A DNA stretch of 64,000 bases, taken from NCBI GenBank assembly GCA_963726455.1, contig CAVSCK010000004.1, forward strand, positions 576,001-640,000. Reading direction: 5' to 3'. The translations under genes were made by a program, and so were the position numbers. The notes under the pieces are model-generated. The model was not told the DNA's origin and did not search any database. It saw only the letters and a list, made by a program, of their open reading frames with translations. Shown in pieces: positions 52,523 through 62,662 of the stretch. How positions within the stretch are numbered: position 1 is the stretch's first letter; each line of letters begins with the position of its first letter. The stretch comes from an uncultured bacterium. GTDB lineage: Bacteria > Zixibacteria > MSB-5A5 > CAIYYT01.

Positions 52523-54196
52523 ATGAGACAAGTGCGAACATCCGAAAAAGGTTTTACCACTCTGATCTTTCTGTCATTACTGCTGATGCTGACATTACTC
52601 GGTGTCAATGCAATCATGACATCGACATCAGAAGTGGACATCGCGGGTTACGAGCTGAATTCGACCTATGCCCTGTACGCCGCTGAGGCCGGGCTCGAGA
52701 CCGGTGCGGCCGCATTGAGAAATCAGTATGACCGGTTTGGAGTGCCGCCTGATGTTCTTCCCACGGACTCGTTCAATGTCGGCAACTACGGCGTCAGGTT
52801 CGTGGTGACGAAACCGGGTGCTACGCAAAACAAGATATTGACCACGGGCGCGTACAAGGGACTCTATTCCCTGACGGATGAATACGTAATTACGGCCGTG
52901 GCTTCGACACCGAATGAAAAGGCCAAGACGACGTTACGGATGACTGTCGATGCGTCAGTCGTGCCGGTATATCAATTCGCGGTGTTCTACGAAAACGATC
53001 TGGAAATAGCGCCCGGACCTGCCATGGTACTTGGAGGCCGCGTGCATTCCAATCGAGATATGTACCTGGCGTCGGAGAATTCGCTCAGGATCGATTCATA
53101 TACGACGGCTGCGGGCAACGTGTTCCATGGCCGCAGTCCGCTGTCGGGTATGGCGGCCGCCAACGGTGACGTTCAGATCAAGGACGCAGACGGCGTCTAC
53201 CAGAGCATGAAGAACGCCGACGGTACCTGGCTGGATGCGAACTCGGCGAACTGGGTGGCGAATGCCGTGAACCGCTGGGCCGGCAAGGTCGAGGACAAGG
53301 AAATGGGCATGACCGAACTGAAGCTGCCCGTCGTCGCTTCCGGTGAGCCGGTCGACATGATCAATCCGGCGGGAGCCGACAATGTCGATAGTTATGAGCG
53401 CAAGGCAGGTTTGAAAATCGTCAACGGGCAAGTTTACTTTAAGAGACCCGACTCGACCTGGCAGAATGTTACGACCGATTTCACCAGCGCCGGTATCATT
53501 GCGTCAAAGACCTTCAAGGATACCCGTGAGAACAAGACCGTCTATTCCACCGACCTCGATATTTCCAAGTTGAATACTTCCGCTTATTGGCCGACCAACG
53601 GCATAATCTACTCCAGCAATGAAAACGGAACTAACCTTACGGCGACACGCCTCGTTAACGGCTCTACGTTGAAGGACAAGCTGACGGTGGCGTGTAACAA
53701 TCCGGTCTACACCAAAGGCGACTACAATACGGTCACGAAGAAATCGGCCGCTATTATGACTGATGCGATAACGGTCTTGTCGAACGGGTGGAACGACGCC
53801 AACAGCGCATTAGCCAAATCGAGCCGCGTCGCATCGAATACGGCCGTAAATTTTGCCTACATGACAGGAAACAAAGCATCTGGAGCCGGTGGCGGTTCCA
53901 GCTATTCGGGCGGTTTCGAAAACCTGCCGAGGTTCCTCGAAACCTGGAGCGGTAAGACGTTTACGTGGAGAGGGTCGGCGGTCTGCCTGTGGCAGTCAAG
54001 GTACGCGACGGGCACGTGGGGCGGCGGCTATTATGATCCGCCCAATCGAAATTGGGCATTCGACACGGATTTCCTTGATCCGACCAAGCTGCCTCCCGGT
54101 ACGCCTCTGATTTCAATTGTGATGAAGACGTCGTGGGTGGAACTCAAGGGGCAGTACGCTGAACAAGCATTGGCTGAGGCCATGGGTGGCTCTTAG
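52523..54196 (+). CDS. PilX-like minor pilin with large C-terminal domain
   Basis: KG/FTTL lacking Glu5, A.YAAEAG, G.VHSN, Y.PP.R.W.FD...LPPGTP. Confidence 0.82.
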   Translation: MRQVRTSEKGFTTLIFLSLLLMLTLLGVNAIMTSTSEVDIAGYELNSTYALYAAEAGLETGAAALRNQYDRFGVPPDVLPTDSFNVGNYGVRFVVTKPGATQNKILTTGAYKGLYSLTDEYVITAVASTPNEKAKTTLRMTVDASVVPVYQFAVFYENDLEIAPGPAMVLGGRVHSNRDMYLASENSLRIDSYTTAAGNVFHGRSPLSGMAAANGDVQIKDADGVYQSMKNADGTWLDANSANWVANAVNRWAGKVEDKEMGMTELKLPVVASGEPVDMINPAGADNVDSYERKAGLKIVNGQVYFKRPDSTWQNVTTDFTSAGIIASKTFKDTRENKTVYSTDLDISKLNTSAYWPTNGIIYSSNENGTNLTATRLVNGSTLKDKLTVACNNPVYTKGDYNTVTKKSAAIMTDAITVLSNGWNDANSALAKSSRVASNTAVNFAYMTGNKASGAGGGSSYSGGFENLPRFLETWSGKTFTWRGSAVCLWQSRYATGTWGGGYYDPPNRNWAFDTDFLDPTKLPPGTPLISIVMKTSWVELKGQYAEQALAEAMGGS

Positions 54197-54244
54197 GCCG
54201 CCGGAACAATCCCTCCCCTGACTGACTCACTACCGCTACTTCCA

Positions 54245-54278
54245 CGAGAGGGTCGCACCGACCCTCTCGATTTATTTG
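54245..54278 (+). terminator. Intrinsic terminator after the pilin operon
   Basis: CGAGAGGGTCG-cac-CGACCCTCTCG followed by ATTTATTT. Confidence 0.75.
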
Positions 54279-54297
54279 TGGTCATCCGGGAATAGGA

Positions 54298-55221
54298 TTA
54301 GTGCACACTCAATCCCCAGCGTGCAAGATGCGGACTATAGAACAGCTTCTCTACCCTCCCGATAATCATTCCGCGACCGACGGTACCCCAAAAGCGCGAA
54401 TCGTATGAATTATCGCGATTGTCACCCAGCATAAAGTAATTGCCCGGCGCCACAACAACCGGATCGAAAGAATCCCGCGCTTCAACGATCGCAGAATCGC
54501 GATGAACGACCTGCGATGAGGGCGCTTCTTTGCGTCCGTTGACGTACAGCTCCTTGCTCACCATTTGAACGGTGTCTCCCCCTATTGCGACGCATCGCTT
54601 AACGTATGTGATCTGTGGATTCGGAGGAAATTTGAAGACAATTACGTCTCCTCTATTGGGGCGGGCGTCTTCGTATGCCGAAAGATCGACAAGAAGCCGT
54701 TCGTCCACCATCACGGATGGCTCCATACTGCCAGTTCTATTAATGTAAATCCGAAAGTTGCCGTACATCGGTACGAGCGAGGATTCCGCCACCCAAAACA
54801 AGACGGCAAACACGATGTAGGTCCGGACAGATCCGGGACGCGGGGGCTTCTTTTCGAGCCGATGAAATTCCCTGGCCTTGGCTGCGGCCGTCCAGAATAC
54901 CGATGCCGTGAATACCGCTCCGGTGAGCATGGGAAGCATAATATTGAAGGGCGCGGCCTTCCAGTATACGAACGCCGCCATGATCAGATTCGAAAGCAGA
55001 ATACCGGAACACATCGCCGAAATGGCGAGAGCATATCCGCCGGCGTAGAGGTGTCCCACGCCGGGACAGACAATGCTGAGGAGTACCGCGATGACCGGCT
55101 TGGGGTGCCCGCTATACTTCAGCCTTCTTGACTTACCGCACTGGGGACAATGGTACATCTCCGAGGACACTTCGTGTGGTTCCAATTCCAGCACGGCGCC
55201 ACACTTGCATTCCTGTTCCAT
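54298..55221 (-). CDS. lepB: Signal peptidase I with N-terminal zinc ribbon and extra TM segments
   Basis: GSMEP, RGDVIVF, YVKRC, GDNRDNS.DSR.WG; N-terminal CKC..CPQC and PGVGHLY. Confidence 0.85.
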   Translation of the reverse strand: MEQECKCGAVLELEPHEVSSEMYHCPQCGKSRRLKYSGHPKPVIAVLLSIVCPGVGHLYAGGYALAISAMCSGILLSNLIMAAFVYWKAAPFNIMLPMLTGAVFTASVFWTAAAKAREFHRLEKKPPRPGSVRTYIVFAVLFWVAESSLVPMYGNFRIYINRTGSMEPSVMVDERLLVDLSAYEDARPNRGDVIVFKFPPNPQITYVKRCVAIGGDTVQMVSKELYVNGRKEAPSSQVVHRDSAIVEARDSFDPVVVAPGNYFMLGDNRDNSYDSRFWGTVGRGMIIGRVEKLFYSPHLARWGLSVH

Positions 55222-55349
55222 CGCCTGCTCCTCCATTTTCTATTCATAGTATAGTCACTAACGGTCGCAAATGTGAAACTTGCGACGGGAGAAATTTACT
55301 GGAGGTGAATGATGTGACAAGTGATTTTGTAAGGAAACGAACGGCCGAA

Positions 55350-56810
55350 TTACTTTATGCCGTAGCGATCGATGCGATCGCGAAGGGTATTGCGGGAGAT
55401 GCCGAGCGACTCGGCGGCCTTGACCTGATTGTTGTTCAGGTGCTGGAGCGTCAGGCCGATGACGGCCTTTTCGAAAGCTTCCTGGATATGGGCGTAAATC
55501 TGTCCGTTGGAACTCGTGTAGATCTTGCCGTAGATCGGTTCCAACAGGCGGCGGAACATCTGGTAGTAATTATCCTTCAATTCATCGAAGTCGATCTTGA
55601 CCAGCTCGCGGCGGTCTTTAACGATCGGCAGGTCGTCGACATCCAACGCCCGATTCTTGCTCATAACAACGGCCGTCTGAATCGTGTTTTCCAGCTCGCG
55701 AACGTTTCCCGGCCAGGGGTACCTGAGGAGGAGCTTCATGGCATCGGATGTAATGCCCTCGATGTGTTTGCCGGTGGCCTTGTTATAAATCTGCAGAAAA
55801 TGATTTGCCAGCAGCGAGATGTCATCGCGGCGTTCACGCAACGACGGCAGATAGATCGAAACAACTTTCAGGCGATAGAACAGGTCGATACGGAATTTGC
55901 CGTCCTTGATCGCCGAGACGAGACTCTTGTTCGTAGCAGCGATGACGCGGACATTGACTTTAATTGTCTGCTCCCCCCCTACCCTTTCGAATTCCTGCTC
56001 CTGCAACATGCGCAAGAGCTTGCTTTGAGTGGCCATTGAGGTGTCGGCGATTTCATCGAGGAAGATCGTGCCGCCATTGGCTAATTCGAATTTGCCGAGT
56101 TTGCGCGAGTAGGCATTGGTGAAAGCGCCTTTTTCATGTCCGAACAGCTCGGACTCCAGCAGCGTTTCCGTGAGCGCGGCGCAATTGACCGAGAGGAATA
56201 CTTTGTCAGAGCGATTCGAGTTGCGATGTATGGCCCGCGCGACCAGTTCCTTGCCCGTTCCCGATTCGCCGAAAATCAATACTGCCGCATCCGACTTGGC
56301 GACGCGACCGATCATCTTGGCGATCTCGACGATTTCCTCTGACGAACCGACGATTTCGCGATAGGTCTCGGGCATTTCGCCGAGCGAGTCGGGCAGTGAC
56401 GTCCGATGCATTTCGGGCCGTGTTTCGTGGTGCGCCAACGTTGAGGCATGCAGTTCTTCCGTTGCCTTGTTGATCGTGACCAGCAGCCGCTCGATCTGGA
56501 ACGGCTTGGTAACGTATTCGTAAGCGCCCTCTTTCATCGCTTCCATCGCGTTGTCAGTAGAAACGTAGCCGCTGATAATAATCACCGGCGGAGAGTCGGC
56601 GATGCCCTTGATTTCCCTGAGCAGATCCAACCCGGATCCGGACGGCAGGTTGACGTCGAGGAGTACGACATCCGGGCTCTTGGATTTAATGAAGTCGACG
56701 GTACCCGGGGCATCCGCCAGAATATCGACATGATACTCCTTGGGATCTACGAGTTCCACGAGGGTCTCGCTTAAACTCCTGTCGTCGTCGACTAGCAGAA
56801 TGCTTTTCAT
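55350..56810 (-). CDS. Sigma54-dependent response regulator (NtrC family)
   Basis: REC domain, GESGTGKE, GAFTNA, WPGNVRELEN, Fis-type HTH. Confidence 0.93.
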   Translation of the reverse strand: MKSILLVDDDRSLSETLVELVDPKEYHVDILADAPGTVDFIKSKSPDVVLLDVNLPSGSGLDLLREIKGIADSPPVIIISGYVSTDNAMEAMKEGAYEYVTKPFQIERLLVTINKATEELHASTLAHHETRPEMHRTSLPDSLGEMPETYREIVGSSEEIVEIAKMIGRVAKSDAAVLIFGESGTGKELVARAIHRNSNRSDKVFLSVNCAALTETLLESELFGHEKGAFTNAYSRKLGKFELANGGTIFLDEIADTSMATQSKLLRMLQEQEFERVGGEQTIKVNVRVIAATNKSLVSAIKDGKFRIDLFYRLKVVSIYLPSLRERRDDISLLANHFLQIYNKATGKHIEGITSDAMKLLLRYPWPGNVRELENTIQTAVVMSKNRALDVDDLPIVKDRRELVKIDFDELKDNYYQMFRRLLEPIYGKIYTSSNGQIYAHIQEAFEKAVIGLTLQHLNNNQVKAAESLGISRNTLRDRIDRYGIK

Positions 56811-56855
56811 ATTACTCCTCTCATCAGTAATAATCGGCGAAGAGAGGGTGTTTAT

Positions 56856-58217
56856 TTACTTGTCTTTGGAGATTTTGTACTTCTCTAGCAGATCGTAAAG
56901 CGTTGTCCGGCTGGTACCGAGGTCGCGGGCGGCCTTGGAGACGTTCCAGTTGTTTCGTATTAGAGCGGCGCGGATGTGATTCGACTCGGCTTCCTCGCGC
57001 ACTTCCTGCAACGATTTCTGGCCATTCGCCGCCGAACCCTCAAAACCGAGGTCTTCAGCAGTCAGGCGGTTGGTGGACGAGAGAATCACTGCGCGTTTAA
57101 TCCGGTTTTCCAGCTCGCGAATATTGCCCGGCCAGTCGTACGAGCGCATGCGTTGCAGCGCCGAGGGTCCGAAGCTGAGATTGGCTTTGTTATTCTCGGC
57201 GGCGTAGACGCCCAGCAGGTAATTGCCGATGATGGCGATGTCGTCCTCGCGTTCACGCAACGGCGGCAGATCAACGTTAATGACTGTCAGGCGGTAATAC
57301 AGATCCTCGCGGAAACGCTTCTTTTCGACTTCCTCGGTAAGCGAGCGATTCGTAGCGGCGATCACTCTGACATCAAGTGGAATGACCGTCTTGCCGCCAA
57401 CGCGCTCGATAATTCGATCCTGCAGGAAGCGCAACAGCTTGACCTGCAGCGCCAGCGACAGCTCCCCTATTTCGTCCAGGAACAACGTCCCTTTGTCAGC
57501 CAATTCAAACTTGCCGATCTTCTGAGTAAAGGCGTCCGTGAAGGCGCCCTTTTCATGCCCGAACAATTCGGATTCCAGTAGCGTCTCCGGAATTGCCCCG
57601 CAGTTGATCGTCACAAACGCCTTCTCCGCGCGGTCCGAACGGCTGTGAATAGCTTTGGCGATCAGCTCTTTGCCGGTTCCCGACTCCCCGGCGATCAGGA
57701 CAGTGTACGGCGTCCGCGCGACCGTCTCCACCAGGCGAAATACTTTGAGCATCCGCGGCGAATGCCCGATGATGTTGGAAAACCCGGTGTACGGCTCCAC
57801 TGTCTCACTGAGCTGTTGATTCTCGTCTTCGAGCTTCCGGATATATGCCGCACGATCGACGATTACCTTGAGATCGGACAGATCAATCGGCTTGGCGTAG
57901 AAATCAATAGCGCCGGCGCGAATCGCGGCCAGGGCGTTGGCGTGCTCGGTGTTCCCCGTCACCATCACGACTTTTACCTTGGGGTCAAGTTCGAGAAGCT
58001 GCGGCAATATTTCCAGCCCTTCCTGACTACCTCCATATGGCGACAGGGCGATATCGAGCAGCACCACCTGCGGGCGATTCTCCCGCGCCTGGGAAATGGC
58101 TTCATCCGCAGTGCCGGCAGTGCAGACAACGTATTCGGATTCCAGTGCCATCGACAGCAGGTTGCGGATGCCGTCTTCATCATCAACGATCAGGATCTTA
58201 GCTTTATGTTCAGTCAT
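56856..58217 (-). CDS. prsR: PEP-CTERM-system-like sigma54 response regulator
   Basis: LD..L.P.....EG, VTGN...NA..AI..GA.DFY.KP, GAFTDA, WPGNIRELEN; coupled to a PrsK-like kinase. Confidence 0.75.
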   Translation of the reverse strand: MTEHKAKILIVDDEDGIRNLLSMALESEYVVCTAGTADEAISQARENRPQVVLLDIALSPYGGSQEGLEILPQLLELDPKVKVVMVTGNTEHANALAAIRAGAIDFYAKPIDLSDLKVIVDRAAYIRKLEDENQQLSETVEPYTGFSNIIGHSPRMLKVFRLVETVARTPYTVLIAGESGTGKELIAKAIHSRSDRAEKAFVTINCGAIPETLLESELFGHEKGAFTDAFTQKIGKFELADKGTLFLDEIGELSLALQVKLLRFLQDRIIERVGGKTVIPLDVRVIAATNRSLTEEVEKKRFREDLYYRLTVINVDLPPLREREDDIAIIGNYLLGVYAAENNKANLSFGPSALQRMRSYDWPGNIRELENRIKRAVILSSTNRLTAEDLGFEGSAANGQKSLQEVREEAESNHIRAALIRNNWNVSKAARDLGTSRTTLYDLLEKYKISKDK

Positions 58218-60280
58218 GCTGATTTCAGTCTCATTTTGAAACAGGTTCCTTCACCCACTCTGGAGCTGACTGTCAAAGCGCCTCCCATTTGTTCGACAAG
58301 TTCCTTGGACTGGAATAGTCCGATTCCAAGGCCGCTGGACTTACTCGTCTGGAAGGGCCGGAACAGCTTATCACGGATGAAATCGGGCGTCATGCCGACT
58401 CCGGTGTCGCGCACGGTTAAGACCACTCCGCCATCTTCGACCGCGGCACCCAAGTGCAGCTCTCCCCCGCCGGGCATCGCCTCGATGGCGTTAATTACGA
58501 GATTCGACAAAACACTTTTCAGACGCTCCGGGTTACTCTTGACGGCCGGCAGGTCGCCGAGATCAAGTTTGACCGCAATCTTATGCTGTCCAGACAACTT
58601 CATTTCCTCAATCAAATCTAACACAACCTGCTTGAGATCGCAATCGGATAGCGGCATCGCGGCCTCTTTCGCCGGCGAAGTGAGCCGCCCGATCATTCGT
58701 TTCATGCGCTCCTGCGCTCCTCGCAGGGTGTCGATCGTCACCTGCTGGAAGCGCGGGTCACCAAATCTGGTTTCGGCATTTTGCAGGATCATCGACAGCA
58801 TGGAAATCAAGTTCTTGACGTCGTGAATCACAAACGACGAGACCTTGGTGAACGACGCCAATTCCCTGGTCTCAAGCAATGCTTCCGACTGACTCGCCGA
58901 CAATAATGACAGCGCAAGCTGGTGCGATATGGAATCGATAAGAAAACGCACGTCGGAGGTCATGGCGGTTGCCGAACGGCAACTGATGAAGCCGACCAGT
59001 TCTTTGCGAGCCAATAGCGGAATCAGGAATTCGATCGCTTCGGAGTCAAGAAACCGGCTTTCGTCGGGCGAGCAGTCCCCCAGAAACGGGCGAATTTCCT
59101 CGCGGGAAAGCATGCGGCCCGCGCGGAACAACCAATCCTCCACCGACGGCAGTAAGACGGTACGCTGGTCACGCGAGGGATAGCCAAGATCGAATTCGCC
59201 GCGACGGTCTCCCTTGAGGGCGATTACGATATCGCTCATCTGGCATTTCTTTTCCAGCACGCTCACGATGCAATCGAACATTTCACGTTTGTCGGTCGCA
59301 GCGCCGACATCCTCCGCGAAAGTTGACAGATCAGTGAGCAGGTCCAGTTTGCCGGAATAGATTGACCGGTCGACCAGTCCACGCCAGCGCGCCTTGATCG
59401 AACTCGAAAAGAAGAGCGCCACAAAAGCCAAAATCAGCATGAAGGCGGCAAGCACCGAAAAGAATACTTTCGGCGAACCTCCGAGCGAAATCAGCAACCA
59501 CACTGCCCCACCGAGCATCACGAGGTAAGCGCCCACCAGCAGCACCGCTACCGATGAGTAGACGGCTTCGCGGGAGATTACGACTCGCTGGCCGGTGATC
59601 TCTTCGAAGACAAGAAAACGTGACACGAGCACGAGAGCTCCGATCGACACCAGCGCGGCGGCCTGAATACTCACGAAATCGATGCGGGCATATAGTAGTC
59701 CCAGCATCGCCGCGATCAAGAGCACGGCGAACAGCAACGCGAGTATCAGAGCCGGTTTGAACAACGCACTTCGCAAACGTCCAACGGATGCACGGAAAGT
59801 GCTCTCCAGTTGGAATAGGCAGAAGGTGTAACTGATGATCAACACCGCGAGAAAATATTTGCCGAGCGTGTTCAGGTGGATGAATCGCTGTTCGGTCTGA
59901 TCGATTTGCAGATGGAAGAGCGGCGAAAAGAACGAAGCCACAGCAGCGGCAACCATCAAGAAGATCAGGAGGTAGACGGTCAGACCGCGCTGGCGCAAGC
60001 TCGCCAAACCCGATTCGCGCGCAAAGACCAGCATGAATAACAGCATCAAAGCGCTGGTTACGGAGAGTGTTGACGACAGAATTCCCTGCTGCCAGGTTTG
60101 CAAGACGACGTTGCGCGGAATTATCAGGATATAGGCAACCCACATGACGAGAGTTGCCAGACAAGTGACTACAAAAAGCTGGGCGGAGATATGAACCGGT
60201 TTACGTACCAACACGAACAGCATCGTAAAGAAGGCGGCAAAGCAAGCTCCGATCTCGGCAAGGTCATATAGCGAGAACAT
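58214..60280 (-). CDS. prsK: PEP-CTERM-system-like membrane histidine kinase
   Basis: Multi-TM N-terminus, GAF-like region, SFVIHDVKN, NA.EA, D.G.GM..DFIR..LFRPF, GIGL.Q. Confidence 0.8.
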   Translation of the reverse strand: MFSLYDLAEIGACFAAFFTMLFVLVRKPVHISAQLFVVTCLATLVMWVAYILIIPRNVVLQTWQQGILSSTLSVTSALMLLFMLVFARESGLASLRQRGLTVYLLIFLMVAAAVASFFSPLFHLQIDQTEQRFIHLNTLGKYFLAVLIISYTFCLFQLESTFRASVGRLRSALFKPALILALLFAVLLIAAMLGLLYARIDFVSIQAAALVSIGALVLVSRFLVFEEITGQRVVISREAVYSSVAVLLVGAYLVMLGGAVWLLISLGGSPKVFFSVLAAFMLILAFVALFFSSSIKARWRGLVDRSIYSGKLDLLTDLSTFAEDVGAATDKREMFDCIVSVLEKKCQMSDIVIALKGDRRGEFDLGYPSRDQRTVLLPSVEDWLFRAGRMLSREEIRPFLGDCSPDESRFLDSEAIEFLIPLLARKELVGFISCRSATAMTSDVRFLIDSISHQLALSLLSASQSEALLETRELASFTKVSSFVIHDVKNLISMLSMILQNAETRFGDPRFQQVTIDTLRGAQERMKRMIGRLTSPAKEAAMPLSDCDLKQVVLDLIEEMKLSGQHKIAVKLDLGDLPAVKSNPERLKSVLSNLVINAIEAMPGGGELHLGAAVEDGGVVLTVRDTGVGMTPDFIRDKLFRPFQTSKSSGLGIGLFQSKELVEQMGGALTVSSRVGEGTCFKMRLKSA

Positions 60281-61119
60281 TACTCTTCAGAGACTTCAAG
60301 AAAGTATCTGACGATCGAACCCGTGGTGAAAAAGCTGGAGACGGCGGAGACAAAGACCAGCGCCACCATCAATATGAGAATCAAACCGGGATTGAATTTC
60401 CGCACGAGCGTATCCGTGCTCTGCAATGGGAGAATGAGCAGCACGGTGATAATGAACTGCGGAATTGCCACGAAGAAATAAGTCATGAAGAAATTCCGGA
60501 AAAACAAATTAAAGGTACCGCTAAAACAGGAGCCCAGTTTTCGCTTCCGAATCATCAGGTACGGAATGGCATAGATGAAGAGCGCAATCAACAACGAGCT
60601 CAAGAGTGCCAGACCGAGCGACAACGCGTATTCGCGCCGCGGCGAACCGGCCACGTACTCGCGAAAGAGGCCGGGGATTAATCTGAATAGAAGAATGACT
60701 GCCACTTCGGTGACGAGCCAGATGAGAAATATCTTGCCGTATTCTTTCCAGGCGGACTTCACCGCAACGCCGAAGCTGGGTTTCTCGCCGCGATAATACG
60801 CGAGAAACATTAGCGTTGCCGCACCGGTCAGGAGTGATTCAATAAACAGCGAGGTCGCCAGATTGATCCACTGAAAGGCGGTGGGCATGTATGCGAGGTG
60901 TTGCGGATAGTGCGTGATGCCGACATTGGTGCACCAGATCAAAAGTGGAATCAGCCACGATGCCAATAGCGGCGAGAACATCGAATTGATGCCCCAAACC
61001 GCAAGCAGCCCGACGAGAACATACAACAGAAACGGCGGCCAGAGCCGCACGTTAAATAAAGCGAGGAACAGTCGACCATAAGTCGACAGAAAGAAATTCA
61101 GTTTCTCCAGCGCTGACAT
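60280..61119 (-). CDS. Multi-pass membrane protein
   Basis: About six hydrophobic helices; stop overlaps the kinase ATG. Confidence 0.7.
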   Translation of the reverse strand: MSALEKLNFFLSTYGRLFLALFNVRLWPPFLLYVLVGLLAVWGINSMFSPLLASWLIPLLIWCTNVGITHYPQHLAYMPTAFQWINLATSLFIESLLTGAATLMFLAYYRGEKPSFGVAVKSAWKEYGKIFLIWLVTEVAVILLFRLIPGLFREYVAGSPRREYALSLGLALLSSLLIALFIYAIPYLMIRKRKLGSCFSGTFNLFFRNFFMTYFFVAIPQFIITVLLILPLQSTDTLVRKFNPGLILILMVALVFVSAVSSFFTTGSIVRYFLEVSEE

Positions 61120-61132
61120 GCGACCTCGACGG

Positions 61133-62662
61133 TTATTGGTTTGGACCGTTAACTTCGTTGGACGTTGGCGAAACCACGCCCCACTTGTCTACTACAACTA
61201 CCACGTAGTAGAATTTCTGTCCCTTTACAATATTGTTATCGACAAACGAAATCGTGCTCTGACCGGTGACCACGCCTGTCAAATTGGCCGGTTGCGTGGG
61301 CACCCCGGCGCTGGCGGCACGATAAATCCGATACGCGGCAAAGTCCTTGTCGTCATTCGGAGTCCAGCCGAGAGTCACACTCGTCGAATCCTGATTCGTG
61401 ACAAACAACGTCACGGCTTTAGGAGGCAGATTCGCGAAGGTTGTCGCCTTGACGATGTTGCTTTGAGCGCTCTGGCCCGCCTTGTCAACCGTGAATACGG
61501 CATAATAGTAATCTGTGGCCGGCTTTCTCGAATTGTCTCGGAACGATGTCGAATTGACATCAGTCTGTGTCGTCAGCAAAGTGGATCCTGTGGTAACATT
61601 GGCGCTGTCGGACCTGAAGAGGCGATAGCTGCCGAAATCAGATGTAGTTGAACGCGACCAGTCCAGTTCAATCTCGCTTTCAGAGACGACAAATGCAGAC
61701 AGCGTCACTGCCTCGGGCGGATTGGCTACTGTGACAAAAGTCAACGCCGCTCTTGCTGCCGCCTGATTTCCGGCAGCATCAGTAAAGCTGCCCGTGACGG
61801 TACCCTGGACCACGCTCACGCCTCCGGGAATCACGTAATCGGTTTCATAGACGCCATTCTGGGCGGCATTTTCAACCAGGTTGATCGTGCCCAAACTACT
61901 GACTGCGACGGAGGCCACTCCCCCCGACTCGCCGCCGTCGAGTGTAAAATGTATCTGATCGCCGGCATGGAGTATTTGCCCGTTCGAGTTTTCGGTCACC
62001 GATATGATGGAAGCGCGCGTGTCGAGAATGACACTGTCTTGTACGAAGTGAGAGGTCTCATTACCTTCCACATCGCGAAAGCGTGCATAAACAGATTTCA
62101 CTCCGTCGCCGGGCGTAAGCTGCCAATTTCTGTTGGCGGAAAACGCTTGCCAGGTCGAACCGCTGAATGTTGAGTCGTTGCTGATCTTAACGAGTTGCGT
62201 CCCACCGGGGGCCACCAGGCCAAGTGATACGTCCACCGAACGGACATACTTGGCGCCGGAAGATATCGAAACCGCAAAGATATTAGGAGTTGCCGAGACC
62301 GGCGTAGAGCGCTTGCTCTCGAGTCCATTGAGACCGAGCGAGCTTACCTGATAGATATAGCGCAGCCCGTTACGAAGAGCGCCGTCCGTAAATGTCAACT
62401 GAGTTGTTGAGTCTATCAAGTCGGTATGACTGCTGCCGGTGTCACCACGATAGATCATATAGCGCGCAATCAAACTTGGATCAGAAATCTCCCAGCTTAG
62501 AATCACGGTACGGTCTGACACCAAAGTCTGAACCGTCTTCGGAACTTCAGGCGCTCCAGCTACCGTATTGGTCTGAGTTGGCTTGCTGATCTGGTTCGTG
62601 CACCCGCCGGCAATCAGGAGGCCGCCGGCTAATATCACAATGAGTAAGAGAATATTCTTCAT
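61133..62662 (-). CDS. Fibronectin type III repeat lipoprotein
   Basis: Lipobox AGG-C; Fn3 motifs L.W...Y.IYR...F.D.....Y.Y.V; DG.K.VY..FRD..GN. Confidence 0.8.
   Translation of the reverse strand: MKNILLLIVILAGGLLIAGGCTNQISKPTQTNTVAGAPEVPKTVQTLVSDRTVILSWEISDPSLIARYMIYRGDTGSSHTDLIDSTTQLTFTDGALRNGLRYIYQVSSLGLNGLESKRSTPVSATPNIFAVSISSGAKYVRSVDVSLGLVAPGGTQLVKISNDSTFSGSTWQAFSANRNWQLTPGDGVKSVYARFRDVEGNETSHFVQDSVILDTRASIISVTENSNGQILHAGDQIHFTLDGGESGGVASVAVSSLGTINLVENAAQNGVYETDYVIPGGVSVVQGTVTGSFTDAAGNQAAARAALTFVTVANPPEAVTLSAFVVSESEIELDWSRSTTSDFGSYRLFRSDSANVTTGSTLLTTQTDVNSTSFRDNSRKPATDYYYAVFTVDKAGQSAQSNIVKATTFANLPPKAVTLFVTNQDSTSVTLGWTPNDDKDFAAYRIYRAASAGVPTQPANLTGVVTGQSTISFVDNNIVKGQKFYYVVVVVDKWGVVSPTSNEVNGPNQ

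Noticed and set aside
35051-58826. Long antisense ORFs over nusA, infB, pnp, leuS and the regulators
   Set aside because: These are shadow ORFs from codon bias in GC-rich genes, with no recognisable motifs.
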